Source of the DNA: an uncultured Clostridium sp.
Lineage (GTDB): Bacteria; Bacillota; Clostridia; TANB77; CAG-508
Assembly (NCBI GenBank): GCA_948470605.1
Contig: CAOKPI010000002.1
Span: forward strand, 19,015 to 83,014
Length of the DNA stretch: 64,000 bases
Direction of reading: 5' to 3'
Shown: positions 1-8,832 of the stretch, piece after piece
How the letters are laid out: every line of letters begins with the position of its first letter
How positions within the stretch are numbered: the stretch's first letter is position 1
The notes under the pieces: model-generated
The model's database searches: none
Told to the model about the DNA's origin: nothing
The model's input: only the letters and a program-made list of their open reading frames with translations
Position numbers and translations under genes: made by a program

Positions 1-273
1 GAAAGAATTAAACCATCTGAAATAAAGGATGAATTTGTAAATGGAAATAAAAAAGCAATCCTGATAACGGCTATTACTTGGCCAATTGCTATTATTACCC
101 AGTTAAGAGCTTATCAATTAGGAAATGTAACCATTGTTGCTCCCCTATGTGCCTTGTCAGTCATGTTAAATGTTCTTGTAGGATATTTATTTTTGAAGGA
201 AAAGGATAATTTATGGAGAAAGATTATTTCAGCTATTTTGATTATCATTAGTATTATACTAATTAAAATATAG
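1..273 (+). CDS. EamA/DMT-family transporter, C-terminal fragment; the 5' end lies outside the window
   Basis: Frame 1 is open from nt 1 to the TAG at 271-273. It encodes hydrophobic helices (..APLCALSVMLNVLVGYLFLKEK..) typical of EamA C-termini. Confidence 0.45.
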   Translation, partial: ERIKPSEIKDEFVNGNKKAILITAITWPIAIITQLRAYQLGNVTIVAPLCALSVMLNVLVGYLFLKEKDNLWRKIISAILIIISIILIKI

Positions 274-291
274 TAGGAGGAGAGATAGAAA

Positions 292-546
292 ATGGAAAAT
301 AAAGAGTTAGAGAAAGAAATTGAACAAATCAAACAAAGAAATCAAAAAGTAGAATTAGATAAAAAATGGGAGACAAGTGGAACAAGGAAAATATGTATTT
401 GTATATTAACTTATATGGTAGTTATTATCTATTCGTATTTAATTAATAAAATTAATAATATATTTTTAAGTTCTTTGGTGCCAGTTATTGGTTTTACATT
501 ATCTACTATATCTTTAAATTTTATTAGAAAGATATGGGAGAAATAG
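292..546 (+). CDS. hypothetical small membrane protein with a coiled-coil N-terminus and two TM helices
   Basis: 84-aa ORF preceded by a GGAGG RBS 8 nt upstream. It has a hydrophobic C-terminal half. Confidence 0.4.
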   Translation: MENKELEKEIEQIKQRNQKVELDKKWETSGTRKICICILTYMVVIIYSYLINKINNIFLSSLVPVIGFTLSTISLNFIRKIWEK

Positions 547-563
547 GAAAGGAGAATAGGGAT

Positions 564-962
564 ATGTTCAATATCAATCATATTGCTATTAGTGTAAGCA
601 ATAAAAAAGCAAGTGTAGAATTTTACAAAAAATTTGGATTTCAAGAATTTAAATCATAGGAAGCAGAAGATGGAAGTATAAAAATAGAAATGTTAAAGCT
701 AGAAAATACTGTATTAGAAATATTCTGTTATCAAGAACATACAAAATTACCAGAAACAGCTAAAAAGATAGCAACCGATTTACCAGTAATCGGAACTAAA
801 CATTTTGCACTTGGCGTAGAAGATATAGAAGAAGCTAAAAAATTTGTAATAGAAAATAATATTTGTAACGATGTTGAGCTAAAAGTAGGTAGATTAGGAA
901 AACCTTACTTTTTTATAGCTGACCCAGATGGAATTTTAGTTGAAATCATTGAAAATGGTTAA
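564..962 (+). pseudogene. VOC-family (glyoxalase/bleomycin-resistance fold) protein interrupted by an in-frame TAG at 657-659
   Basis: The ATG at 564 encodes MFNINHIAISVSNKKASVEFYKKFGFQEFKS, followed by TAG. The same frame then continues EAEDGSIKIEMLKLEN..HFALGVEDIEEAKKF..GILVEIIENG, giving about 132 aa in total, which is typical VOC domain size. Confidence 0.55.
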
Positions 963-974
963 AGGAGAAAAATC

Positions 975-1333
975 ATGAAATTAGTAAAAGAGTGTCAAGC
1001 ACGAAAAGTTCAAAATAGTGATAAATGTGAAGTTTTAGAGTATCCATTAGGAGATGAAGAGATTGATATAGCAATAGCAAATTTAAAAGGAAGATACCCA
1101 GATAGTGGCTATTGTGTAAATCAAGAGTGTAAGAATTAGTCTATGTGATAGAGGGAAAAGGAACATTAAACAAAAGAGAAGAAAAAGTCGAGTTTCAAAA
1201 GGGCGATGTTATATTGATAGACAAGGGAGAAGCTTTTTATTGGGAGGCCTATTGTACAATTGCAATGCCTTGCACGCCTGCTTGGTATAAAGAACAATAT
1301 AAATTAATAGAGGAACAAAGGAGACGATTATGA
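975..1333 (+). pseudogene. cupin-domain protein with a -1 frameshift near 1130-1139
   Basis: Frame 3 runs MKLVKECQ..GYCVNQECKN to a TAG at 1137. Frame 2 resumes with ELVYVIEGKGTL..GDVILIDKGEAFYW, the cupin G-x5-(H)-x-(H)-x3-E...G motif region. Joining the two frames needs one extra G (AAG GAA). Confidence 0.5.
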
Positions 1334-1854
1334 AAGTATTTTTGGTAAGACATGGACAGACAGATACCAACATAAATAATTTATATAATTTTAGAGGGGA
1401 AGATATCAATCAGAAAGGAATACAACAGGCCGAAGACCTAAGAGAAAAAATCAAAGATATGGATTTTGACATCATTTATTGTTCCCCATTATTAAGAGCT
1501 AGACATACAGCAGAAATAATAAATTCAAAGAATAAGGAAATCATAATAGATGATAGATTAGAAGAAAGAAAACATGGAAATCTTGAAGGAAAACCAATTG
1601 AATGCACGGAACGAGAGATTTACTGGAGCTATCCTACTAATGTTAGATATGGAACAGAAGAAACGGTTCAGAGCTTATTTGAAAGAGTAAACGATTTTCT
1701 AAAGGAATTAAAAAAGAAGGATTATGATAAAGTATTAGTGGTTGCTCACAAAGGAATTTCTAGGGCATTCCATGCCTATTTTGAGGGAATTCCAGAGGAT
1801 GGTAAATTATTATTAGGACTAGAAAATGCACATATAAAAGAATATCAATTGTAA
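1330..1854 (+). CDS. histidine phosphatase family protein (phosphoglycerate mutase-like; cobC/alpha-ribazole phosphatase-like)
   Basis: It has the N-terminal LVRHGQTDTN motif (RHG catalytic histidine) and the sequence CSPLLRARHTAEII. It is 174 aa. Confidence 0.8.
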   Translation: MKVFLVRHGQTDTNINNLYNFRGEDINQKGIQQAEDLREKIKDMDFDIIYCSPLLRARHTAEIINSKNKEIIIDDRLEERKHGNLEGKPIECTEREIYWSYPTNVRYGTEETVQSLFERVNDFLKELKKKDYDKVLVVAHKGISRAFHAYFEGIPEDGKLLLGLENAHIKEYQL

Positions 1855-1874
1855 TGATAGGAGGAAATTTTAAA

Positions 1875-2966
1875 ATGAACGAAAATGAAATCACAAGACC
1901 AACCGTAATGGAAATTAGCATAGATAATTTTAGATACAATATAGAACAAATCAAAAAGAGACTAAGTCCGAATACTACTATTATGCCAATCATCAAAGCC
2001 AATGCCTATGGAACCTATATCAATACCAGATTAGATGTTATCAAAGAGTTTGAAATAGTAGGTGTAGCAACCGTAGATGAGGGAGTTCAAATAAGAAAGC
2101 TTGGCTATCAAAAGGATATTTTTATTTTAAATCAACCAGCAATCAGTGAAATGAATAAAATTATAGAAAATGATTTAGTCATCGGTTTATCATCGAATAG
2201 ATTTATAGAAGCAATTGGAGAAAGAAATGAAAATATAAATGTTCATATTGAAATAGGAACAGGTATGGGAAGAACAGGAGTACATCCTTATAGAGTTGGT
2301 AATTATTTAAAAAAACTACCTAAAAATGTATCTGTTAAAGGAATTTATACTCATCTTTCGGTAGCTGATATAGATGATGAATATACTAAAAAACAATTAG
2401 ACTCATTTAATCATGCTGTAAAAGATACGAAAGATATATTAGGAGATGTAAAATATATTCATGCAGCTGCCTCAAATGCAATTATCAATTATCCAGAAGC
2501 ACAGTATAATTTAGTAAGACCAGGTATGATAATGTATGGTTATGAGTCAGGAGAAGGAATACAAGAAAAAATAACATTAAAACCAGTTGCCAAATTAAAA
2601 TCAAAAATAACGCTATTAAAAACAGTAGAAAAAGGAACTAGCATTGGTTATGGTAGAAGCTTTATGACGGCAAGAGAAAGTAAAATAGCAACGATTCCAA
2701 TTGGATATGCAGATGGTTTTCGACGAACCTTGTCTAACAATGGGCATGTAGTTATTCGTGGACACAAGGTTCCTATTGTTGGCAAAATTTGTATGGATGG
2801 ATTTATGGCAGATGTAACCGATTTGGAAGAGGTAGAGGTAGGAGATGATGTGTGGATTTGGGATAATGAACACATAACTTTAGATGAGGTGGCTCATAGA
2901 TGTAATACCATTAATTATGAGATAATAAGTACCATTTCGAATAGGGTTCCGAGAATATTTGTATAA
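1875..2966 (+). CDS. alr: alanine racemase
   Basis: It has the PLP-lysine motif IIKANAYGT, a GYGRSFM.. region, IPIGYADGF, and a C-terminal NYEIISTISNRVPRIFV. A GGAGG RBS lies 11 nt upstream of the ATG at 1875. Confidence 0.9.
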   Translation: MNENEITRPTVMEISIDNFRYNIEQIKKRLSPNTTIMPIIKANAYGTYINTRLDVIKEFEIVGVATVDEGVQIRKLGYQKDIFILNQPAISEMNKIIENDLVIGLSSNRFIEAIGERNENINVHIEIGTGMGRTGVHPYRVGNYLKKLPKNVSVKGIYTHLSVADIDDEYTKKQLDSFNHAVKDTKDILGDVKYIHAAASNAIINYPEAQYNLVRPGMIMYGYESGEGIQEKITLKPVAKLKSKITLLKTVEKGTSIGYGRSFMTARESKIATIPIGYADGFRRTLSNNGHVVIRGHKVPIVGKICMDGFMADVTDLEEVEVGDDVWIWDNEHITLDEVAHRCNTINYEIISTISNRVPRIFV

Positions 2967-2996
2967 ATGAGATAAGAGGGATAATACAATATAAAA

Positions 2997-3040
2997 AATG
3001 TCAAGTAATATACAATTATACTTGACATTCTTTTATATTT
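2997..3040 (+). terminator. rho-independent terminator downstream of alr
   Basis: An 11-bp perfect stem aatgtcaagta/tacttgacatt is followed by a T-rich tract. Confidence 0.7.
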
Positions 3041-3072
3041 TGAGACAATTAAGAGCTGTCCCTCTTGTCTCA
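3041..3072. repeat. solo TGAGACAA..TTGTCTCA hairpin of the CTGTCCC orientation; its last three nt are the SPFH stop codon on the minus strand
   Basis: The sequence is tgagacaattaagagctgtccctcttgtctca followed by TTTTTT. It belongs to the same family as the elements at 28981-29100 and 38295-38416. Confidence 0.6.
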
Positions 3073-3972
3073 TTTTTTATCATCTTTTACAATTTCCTTC
3101 ATGGCACCTAGTGAACTTAAAGCATTGGTTGCTTCAAAAGGAATAAATACTTTATTAGCATCGCCTTTAGCCACTTCTTCTAAAGCCTCTAAAGATTTTA
3201 GTTGAACTAGTTTATCATTTGGGTCTGCCTTTTTCATAGCATCATAAACCATTTGAATTTCTTTTGCTTTTGCATCAGCCACTTCTCTAATTGCCTGTGC
3301 TTCACCGGCAGCTCTTCTAATTCTAGCTTCTTTATCTGCTTCAGCCTCTAAAATAGCAGCTTGTTTTTTACCTTCAGCAATGGTAATTGCTGATTGTCTT
3401 TGGGCTTCTGATTCTAGAATCAAAGCTCTTTTATTTCTTTCGGCATTCATTTCTTTTTCCATGGCATCTCTAATATCAGCAGGTGGCGTAATATCTTTAA
3501 TTTCTACTCGGTCGATTTTACAACCCCATCGATCGGTTGCCTCATCAAGAACCACTCTTAATTGATTATTAATACCATCTCTTGAACTGAAAGTTTCATC
3601 TAAATCCATTTTACCGATAATATCACGAATCGTTGTAATTGCTAAGTATTCAATACCTTTCTTTAAACTTTGAATTTCATACACTGCTTTCGCAGGGTCT
3701 GTTATTTGGTAGAATACAACCGTATCAATTGTAATGGTAACATTATCTTTTGTAATAACGCCTTGAGGTGGAATGTCCATCGTTTGTTGTTTTAAACTAA
3801 CCACACTTCTTACATGGTCAAAAAATGGAATGATAATGGTAAGACCAGCATCTGCTACTTTGTAGAACTTACCTAACCTTTCAATAATATACACCTCAGA
3901 TTGTTTAACGATTTTGATAGACATAAATGCTATTACTAGAATAATAACAAGTAAAACTAATAAAAACCACAT
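3070..3972 (-). CDS. SPFH/band-7 (stomatin/prohibitin-like, QmcA/YqfA-type) membrane protein
   Basis: It has an N-terminal TM helix followed by an SPFH domain (IIERLGKFYKVADAGLTIIIPF..DTVVFYQITDPAKAVYEI). The C-terminal coiled coil is Ala/Glu/Lys-rich. Confidence 0.85.
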   Translation of the reverse strand: MWFLLVLLVIILVIAFMSIKIVKQSEVYIIERLGKFYKVADAGLTIIIPFFDHVRSVVSLKQQTMDIPPQGVITKDNVTITIDTVVFYQITDPAKAVYEIQSLKKGIEYLAITTIRDIIGKMDLDETFSSRDGINNQLRVVLDEATDRWGCKIDRVEIKDITPPADIRDAMEKEMNAERNKRALILESEAQRQSAITIAEGKKQAAILEAEADKEARIRRAAGEAQAIREVADAKAKEIQMVYDAMKKADPNDKLVQLKSLEALEEVAKGDANKVFIPFEATNALSSLGAMKEIVKDDKK

Positions 3973-4017
3973 AAATTTTCCTCCTTATCAAATTTATATC
4001 AAATTAATTATCTTCTG

Positions 4018-4455
4018 TTAATTTAGTTTTTGAAGGGGTGCAACAATTGCTTTGACACCTTTTATTTCCTTAATTTCTACTTCTGTACCTTGAGGAATAT
4101 TCATATCATCTAGTCCAATGGCAGACCAAATTTCTCCACCAACTTTCACTTGGCCAAGAGATTGAAGAGAATCAATGTCTTTTGTCACAATTCCTATTTT
4201 CCCAACCGTAGAATATACATTGGTTTGAATGGCATTTTTATTGTTGGCAAATTTTTTGACAAATGGTTTGGTTGCAAAAATTAAAATGGTGGAAGATATG
4301 ACGAACACAGAGGTTTGCATGATTATATTGTTAGTAAAGAAACTAACAACCATAGCTAATAAGGCTCCTATTGCAAACCAAAAAATTAGAAATCCTACTG
4401 TCATGATTTCAATGATTAGACAGATACCTGCTATAATTAACCAGATTTGCCACAT
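4018..4455 (-). CDS. NfeD-family membrane protein, the partner of the SPFH protein
   Basis: It has three N-terminal TM segments and a C-terminal OB-fold-like region (VGKIGIVTKDI..GQVKVGGEIWSA). It sits directly upstream of the SPFH gene in the same operon, which is the classic NfeD-SPFH arrangement. Confidence 0.75.
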   Translation of the reverse strand: MWQIWLIIAGICLIIEIMTVGFLIFWFAIGALLAMVVSFFTNNIIMQTSVFVISSTILIFATKPFVKKFANNKNAIQTNVYSTVGKIGIVTKDIDSLQSLGQVKVGGEIWSAIGLDDMNIPQGTEVEIKEIKGVKAIVAPLQKLN

Positions 4456-4731
4456 GAAAAATTCCTCCTTTGATGATAACTGTTACTATTATAGCATATA
4501 TTGGTAAAAAAGGGAATACTTTTATGTTAATTTTGGGAAATTCATGGAAAAAGTATTGACTTTTATGGATAACCATATTATCATAGTTTTATAAATTTAT
4601 TCAGATAATTTAAAATTCTAATATAATGCAGTTTGCATTAGTTTGCCAATCAAGAAAATCCCAAAATTAAAAAATAAAAAAGAAGAGTTTGGTATCTAAA
4701 TCATATACATCAATTTACTTTTTGATAAATA

Positions 4732-4760
4732 TTGACATATCAATAAAAATAAATTATAAT
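4732..4760 (+). promoter_or_regulatory. consensus sigma-A promoter for the Rpn-family gene
   Basis: TTGACA, a 17-nt spacer, then TATAAT. Confidence 0.6.
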
Positions 4761-4776
4761 AAAGGAGAAGTGATAG

Positions 4777-5784
4777 ATGAAAGAATTTAATTATCAAGAT
4801 TATTTAAAGTATCAAAAATTGAAAGCTAAAGAAAACAATAGTCTGTATGAATTACGAGAACCAGAGGAGAAATATCATGTACATCAACCACATGATAAAA
4901 TTTTTAAAACAGTGCTAAATGAAAAAAGGGAAATGGTGGAATTAATAAATAGAGTATTAGAGTTGAAAACAAAATTAAAGGAAGAAGAGATAGAAATATT
5001 TAATAATGAACATATCAGTTATATGTTTGAAGGTAGTGTATCAGATATCGTTTATAAAATGAAGGAAAAAGAAATATTTTTTTTAATTGAACATCAACAA
5101 AAAATTGACTATGATATGCCAAAAAGAATTTTAGAGTATGAAGTAGAAATTATAAAACAAGCAACGAGAGGAAAGAAGATGACAAAACAAGAACATAAGT
5201 TACCAAGAGTCATACCAATTGTTATCTATACTGGTAGTGGGAAATGGAATGTCGAGAAATATATAGAAGAGTGTCAAGAGATATTATCAAAGGCAGATTG
5301 CGTGAGGTTAGGAGAGTATTATGTATTAGATGTTAATAATTATACAAAGGAAGAATTGGAGAAAGATAATTTGTTTTTGTCTAAAATGTTGTTGCTAGAA
5401 AAATTAAAAACAGGAGAGGAAATATATCATATGTTAAATACTGCGATTGAGAAGGAAAATGACGAGAGAAATAAAGCTATTTTAAAAAGAATTATTGCTT
5501 TTATTTTAGATGAAAAGTTAAGTTTAGAAAATAGAGAAAAATTATTAAAAAAATTAGAAGGAGGAAAGAAAGATATGGTTTTAGAAGTGATTAGGAAAGA
5601 AAATGAAAGATTAATAAAAAAAGGAAAAGTAGAAGGGAAAATAGAAGGAGAAATAGAAATTTTAAAACGAGCGGTTAAAAATATGTTACAATTTGGAGAA
5701 GACGAAGAAAAAATTATGAAATATATCGGTATCAACAAAGAAGAATTAGGAAGAATAAAAAGAATGTTAAAAACAATTATTTGA
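4777..5784 (+). CDS. Rpn-family recombination-promoting nuclease/putative transposase (YhgA-like, PD-(D/E)XK)
   Basis: It has N-terminal HDKIFKTVL and FFLIEHQQKIDYDMPKRILEY motifs characteristic of Rpn/YhgA proteins. The C-terminus is a charged coiled coil. Confidence 0.7.
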   Translation: MKEFNYQDYLKYQKLKAKENNSLYELREPEEKYHVHQPHDKIFKTVLNEKREMVELINRVLELKTKLKEEEIEIFNNEHISYMFEGSVSDIVYKMKEKEIFFLIEHQQKIDYDMPKRILEYEVEIIKQATRGKKMTKQEHKLPRVIPIVIYTGSGKWNVEKYIEECQEILSKADCVRLGEYYVLDVNNYTKEELEKDNLFLSKMLLLEKLKTGEEIYHMLNTAIEKENDERNKAILKRIIAFILDEKLSLENREKLLKKLEGGKKDMVLEVIRKENERLIKKGKVEGKIEGEIEILKRAVKNMLQFGEDEEKIMKYIGINKEELGRIKRMLKTII

Positions 5785-5859
5785 TAAGTGAATAAAACCC
5801 AAAAAAATGTACATAACAATAAAAAGATAAATAACAGATAGAAAGAGAGTGCATTTTTT

Positions 5860-6054
5860 ATGGAAGATAAAACAAAAAAACAAGAAAAAGAGAAACAAGT
5901 AGAATATGGGATTGCAGAAGTAGGGGAGGATGCCACTAAATATGGAGAATTTATATCTTCCTACTTTGCTTGGGTATCGTTACCAGAACAAAAAGAAAAG
6001 GTAGAGGAATTACAAGATATTACCAAACAAAAACAAGATGAGACTGAAAAATAA
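5860..6054 (+). CDS. hypothetical small acidic protein
   Basis: 64-aa ORF with a weak RBS and no recognisable domain. Confidence 0.2.
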   Translation: MEDKTKKQEKEKQVEYGIAEVGEDATKYGEFISSYFAWVSLPEQKEKVEELQDITKQKQDETEK

Positions 6055-6123
6055 TTAAAACATAGCGAAAAAGAGAGAAAAAATAAGAAAAGAAATTGAA
6101 AATAAAATAAAAAGAAAGAAAAA

Positions 6124-6208
6124 GGTCAAAGAAGGTCAGAAAATAGTCTTGCAAAAATAAATAGGAGGAGTATAATATAGATTATAGGTCAAAGAAAGTC
6201 AAAGTCAG
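6124..6208 (+). promoter_or_regulatory. ctsR promoter region with two CtsR operator direct repeats, indicating autoregulation
   Basis: GGTCAAAGAAGGTCAGA lies at 6124-6140 and GGTCAAAGAAAGTCAAAGTCAG at 6187-6208. They flank TTGCAA at 6149-6154, a 16-nt spacer, and TATAAT at 6171-6176. Confidence 0.75.
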
Positions 6209-6249
6209 TTTAAAAATAAAAAATAAGACAAAACTAGGAAAAATGGGAG

Positions 6250-6702
6250 ATGAGAAAGTTGAGAATGTCAGATATGATAGAAGAATTCATCAAAGAACTT
6301 TTTGATGCAGAAGATAGCATAGAAATACAAAGAAATGAACTAGCAGAACAATTCAAATGTGTACCATCGCAAATCAACTATGTGATAGCAACGAGATTTA
6401 AACCATCACAGGGGTACTATGTAGAAAGTAGAAGAGGTGGAGGAGGTCATATCACTATTAAAAAAGTAAACAACACAAAATCTGACTATATCATGCATAT
6501 TATAAATAATATAGGAAATGAAATAACATCCAATGAAATAGATATATTGATTAGTGATTTTCTAACTTATGATGTCATAGAAGCCAAAGAAGCGAAACTG
6601 ATAAAAGTAGCAACCAGTGACAATGTCTTACAATTAGACAAAGATACAAAAGATAGCGTAAGAGCAAGAATCTTTAAGAATATGCTACTAAATCTAAGTT
6701 AG
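6250..6702 (+). CDS. ctsR: class III stress gene repressor CtsR
   Basis: It has the DNA-binding region CVPSQINYVIATRF and the glycine-rich ESRRGGGGHITIKKV motif. An alternative start lies at 6265. Confidence 0.9.
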   Translation: MRKLRMSDMIEEFIKELFDAEDSIEIQRNELAEQFKCVPSQINYVIATRFKPSQGYYVESRRGGGGHITIKKVNNTKSDYIMHIINNIGNEITSNEIDILISDFLTYDVIEAKEAKLIKVATSDNVLQLDKDTKDSVRARIFKNMLLNLS

Positions 6703-6738
6703 CTGTTCGAACGAAGTGAGTTACAGATAACTTATGCA
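6700..6738 (+). repeat. 39-41-nt conserved motif TAGCTGTTYGAA..GAGTTACAGATAACTTATGCA, copy 1, beginning with the ctsR stop codon
   Basis: A 22-nt core is identical to that at 40738-40759. The flanks are similar. Confidence 0.5.
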
Positions 6739-6795
6739 ATCGAATGAAAAGAGATTGTAAACCGTAAATGAATGGAAAAGAAGGAGGAATTCAAA

Positions 6796-7371
6796 ATGTT
6801 ATGTGATAATTGTGGAAAAAGAGAAGCAAATGTGAGATATTCAGAAAATATAAACGGAAGAAGAAAAGAATTAAATTTATGCGAAGAATGTAGTAAAAAA
6901 TTAGGAATTAACCATATGGATTTTAATATGCCAATTGATTTTTCTAGTTTTTTTGGGGAATTTTTAGAGGATTTTGCAACACCAGAATTCATGCCATTGC
7001 TTCATGAGATAAAAGCATTAAAATGTAATCAATGTGGTTCAACTTTTGAAGATATAGCTAATACAGGAAAATTAGGATGTGGTAATTGTTATGATGTGTT
7101 TGAAGAAAGATTAGACCCAATTATTCGAAGAATACAAGGAGCCAATCGACATGTGGGAAGAGTTGGAAAAGTGATTGATAGTAAAATAGAGGAAAAAATG
7201 GCGAAAGAAACGAATGTAAAAGAGGAAAAGGCAAACCAGCCAAAGGAAAGTAAGAAAGAAAAACAGTTAGAAAAATTACAAGAACAGCTGAAACAAGTGA
7301 TTAAAGAGGAAAAATATGAAGAGGCAGCTAAAATAAGGGATGAAATTAAAAAAATAGAAAAAGAAAATTAA
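6796..7371 (+). CDS. mcsA: McsA, activator of the protein-arginine kinase McsB (zinc-finger/UVR domain)
   Basis: CxxC pairs occur at CDNCGK, CEEC, CNQCG and CGNC. The C-terminal UVR motif is EEAAKIRDEIKKIE. A GGAGG RBS is present. Confidence 0.85.
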   Translation: MLCDNCGKREANVRYSENINGRRKELNLCEECSKKLGINHMDFNMPIDFSSFFGEFLEDFATPEFMPLLHEIKALKCNQCGSTFEDIANTGKLGCGNCYDVFEERLDPIIRRIQGANRHVGRVGKVIDSKIEEKMAKETNVKEEKANQPKESKKEKQLEKLQEQLKQVIKEEKYEEAAKIRDEIKKIEKEN

Positions 7372-7418
7372 AAAATTGCCAAAATGAATAACATTTAATC
7401 CAAAAAGGAGGTAGGAGA

Positions 7419-8432
7419 ATGAATTGGTATTTGCAAAGTAATGAAAATTCAGATGTAGCCCAAAGTACAAGAGTAAGGTTCGCTAGAAATTTACATGATG
7501 TTAGGTTTAATCTAACCAAAAAAGAAGAGATACAAGCCTTAGAAAATAAAGTAAAAGAAAATCTATATAACATAGGATATGGCTTACAATTTTTTCGATT
7601 ACAAGATATGGATGATATTACAAAAATGAGTTTAGTGGAAAAGAATCTGATTAGTCCCAATTTTGTTTTAAAAAAGAATGAGACAGGTAGTATTTTAATC
7701 AATGACGAAGAAAATATCTGCATTATGGTAGGAAATGAAGACCATTTGGAAATACAGGTATTTAGTTGTGGAATGGATTTAGAAAATACTTTGAATTTAG
7801 CCATTGAATTAGATGAGAAAATAGAAGAACTATTGGGATATGCGATTAGTAAAAAATATGGTTATTTGACAGCTTGTCCCAATAATGTGGGAACTGGTTT
7901 AAGGGCTTCTGTTATGGTACATTTACCAGCTCTTTCCAAAACAAAGAATACCAAAAAAGTGCTAGAAGCCATTAATAGTTTTGGTGTTAATATTAGAGGA
8001 GTATATGGCGAAAATACAGAGAGTACAGGAGATATGTATCAAATTTCAAATAAACAGACATTAGGAATGACAGAAAAAGAAATTGTGCAAAATCTGAAGG
8101 TGATTGTGGATAAGATTATCAAACAAGAGAGACAAGCAAGAAAAATTTTGGCAAAAGATGATATTGCTTTAGAGGATTTGATTTATCGTAGTTATGGAAT
8201 TTTAAGTAATTGCAAAAAGATTTCTTCTGAGGAGATGAGGTCACTGTTGTCTAATATTAAGTTAGGTACCGATTTGGGAATTTTGAAAGAATTGACGGAT
8301 TTAAAGGTACAAAAATTGTATTTGTATACAAAGCCTGCTAATTTGCAAAAGTTTGTGGGTGAACAGTATGAACCAATTGAACGTGATATTAAGAGGGCAG
8401 AGGTAGTTCAAGAGATTTTGAGGGAAAAATAA
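7419..8432 (+). CDS. mcsB: protein-arginine kinase McsB
   Basis: It has the guanidino-kinase active-site motif CPNNVGTGLRASVMVHLP. The gene order ctsR-mcsA-mcsB-clpC is as expected. Confidence 0.9.
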   Translation: MNWYLQSNENSDVAQSTRVRFARNLHDVRFNLTKKEEIQALENKVKENLYNIGYGLQFFRLQDMDDITKMSLVEKNLISPNFVLKKNETGSILINDEENICIMVGNEDHLEIQVFSCGMDLENTLNLAIELDEKIEELLGYAISKKYGYLTACPNNVGTGLRASVMVHLPALSKTKNTKKVLEAINSFGVNIRGVYGENTESTGDMYQISNKQTLGMTEKEIVQNLKVIVDKIIKQERQARKILAKDDIALEDLIYRSYGILSNCKKISSEEMRSLLSNIKLGTDLGILKELTDLKVQKLYLYTKPANLQKFVGEQYEPIERDIKRAEVVQEILREK

Positions 8433-8481
8433 ACGAACCTCACAAGGAGGTTCGTTGGTATTGGTAGTTATTTCAAGATTT

Positions 8482-8676
8482 CTAGTCGTTCCGTTCATTA
8501 GATAAATCTGATACAAACAAAGAAATCGAAAGAGTGGAAAACATAATGCATAAACAGATACAATACGTATCATTAGAAACCACAAATTGATCATGGAAGA
8601 GTCCAAGACCTACTATAAATATTAGTAGTGGCATGATATTCCACAGTTTCTTATTAAAAAATTTCAGTTTCTTCAT
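8482..8676 (-). CDS. hypothetical small membrane protein, antisense within the mcsB-clpC gap
   Basis: 64-aa ORF with an AAGGAGG RBS 9 nt upstream. It has two hydrophobic segments. Confidence 0.35.
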   Translation of the reverse strand: MKKLKFFNKKLWNIMPLLIFIVGLGLFHDQFVVSNDTYCICLCIMFSTLSISLFVSDLSNERND

Positions 8677-8832
8677 AATAGTTATACCTCCTTGTAAGTC
8701 TTCACCTAAAAAGGTGAGTTGAGAGGCACAGCCTCTGTTATTAGTTACTATAGCTAAAAGCTATACTTATATTATACCAAAATTAACATAAAAAATCAAA
8801 TATTGTCAGAAACACGAAAGGAGTGATAAAAA

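Noticed and set aside
5427-5936. Several long antisense ORFs, including 5427-5936(-), 9990-10325(-), 12823-13485(-), 14179-14649(-), 21129-21779(-), 45554-45865(+) and 54293-55768(+)
   Set aside because: They lie entirely inside well-supported genes on the opposite strand and have low-complexity, Ser/Phe/Leu-rich compositions typical of antisense reading of AT-rich coding DNA.
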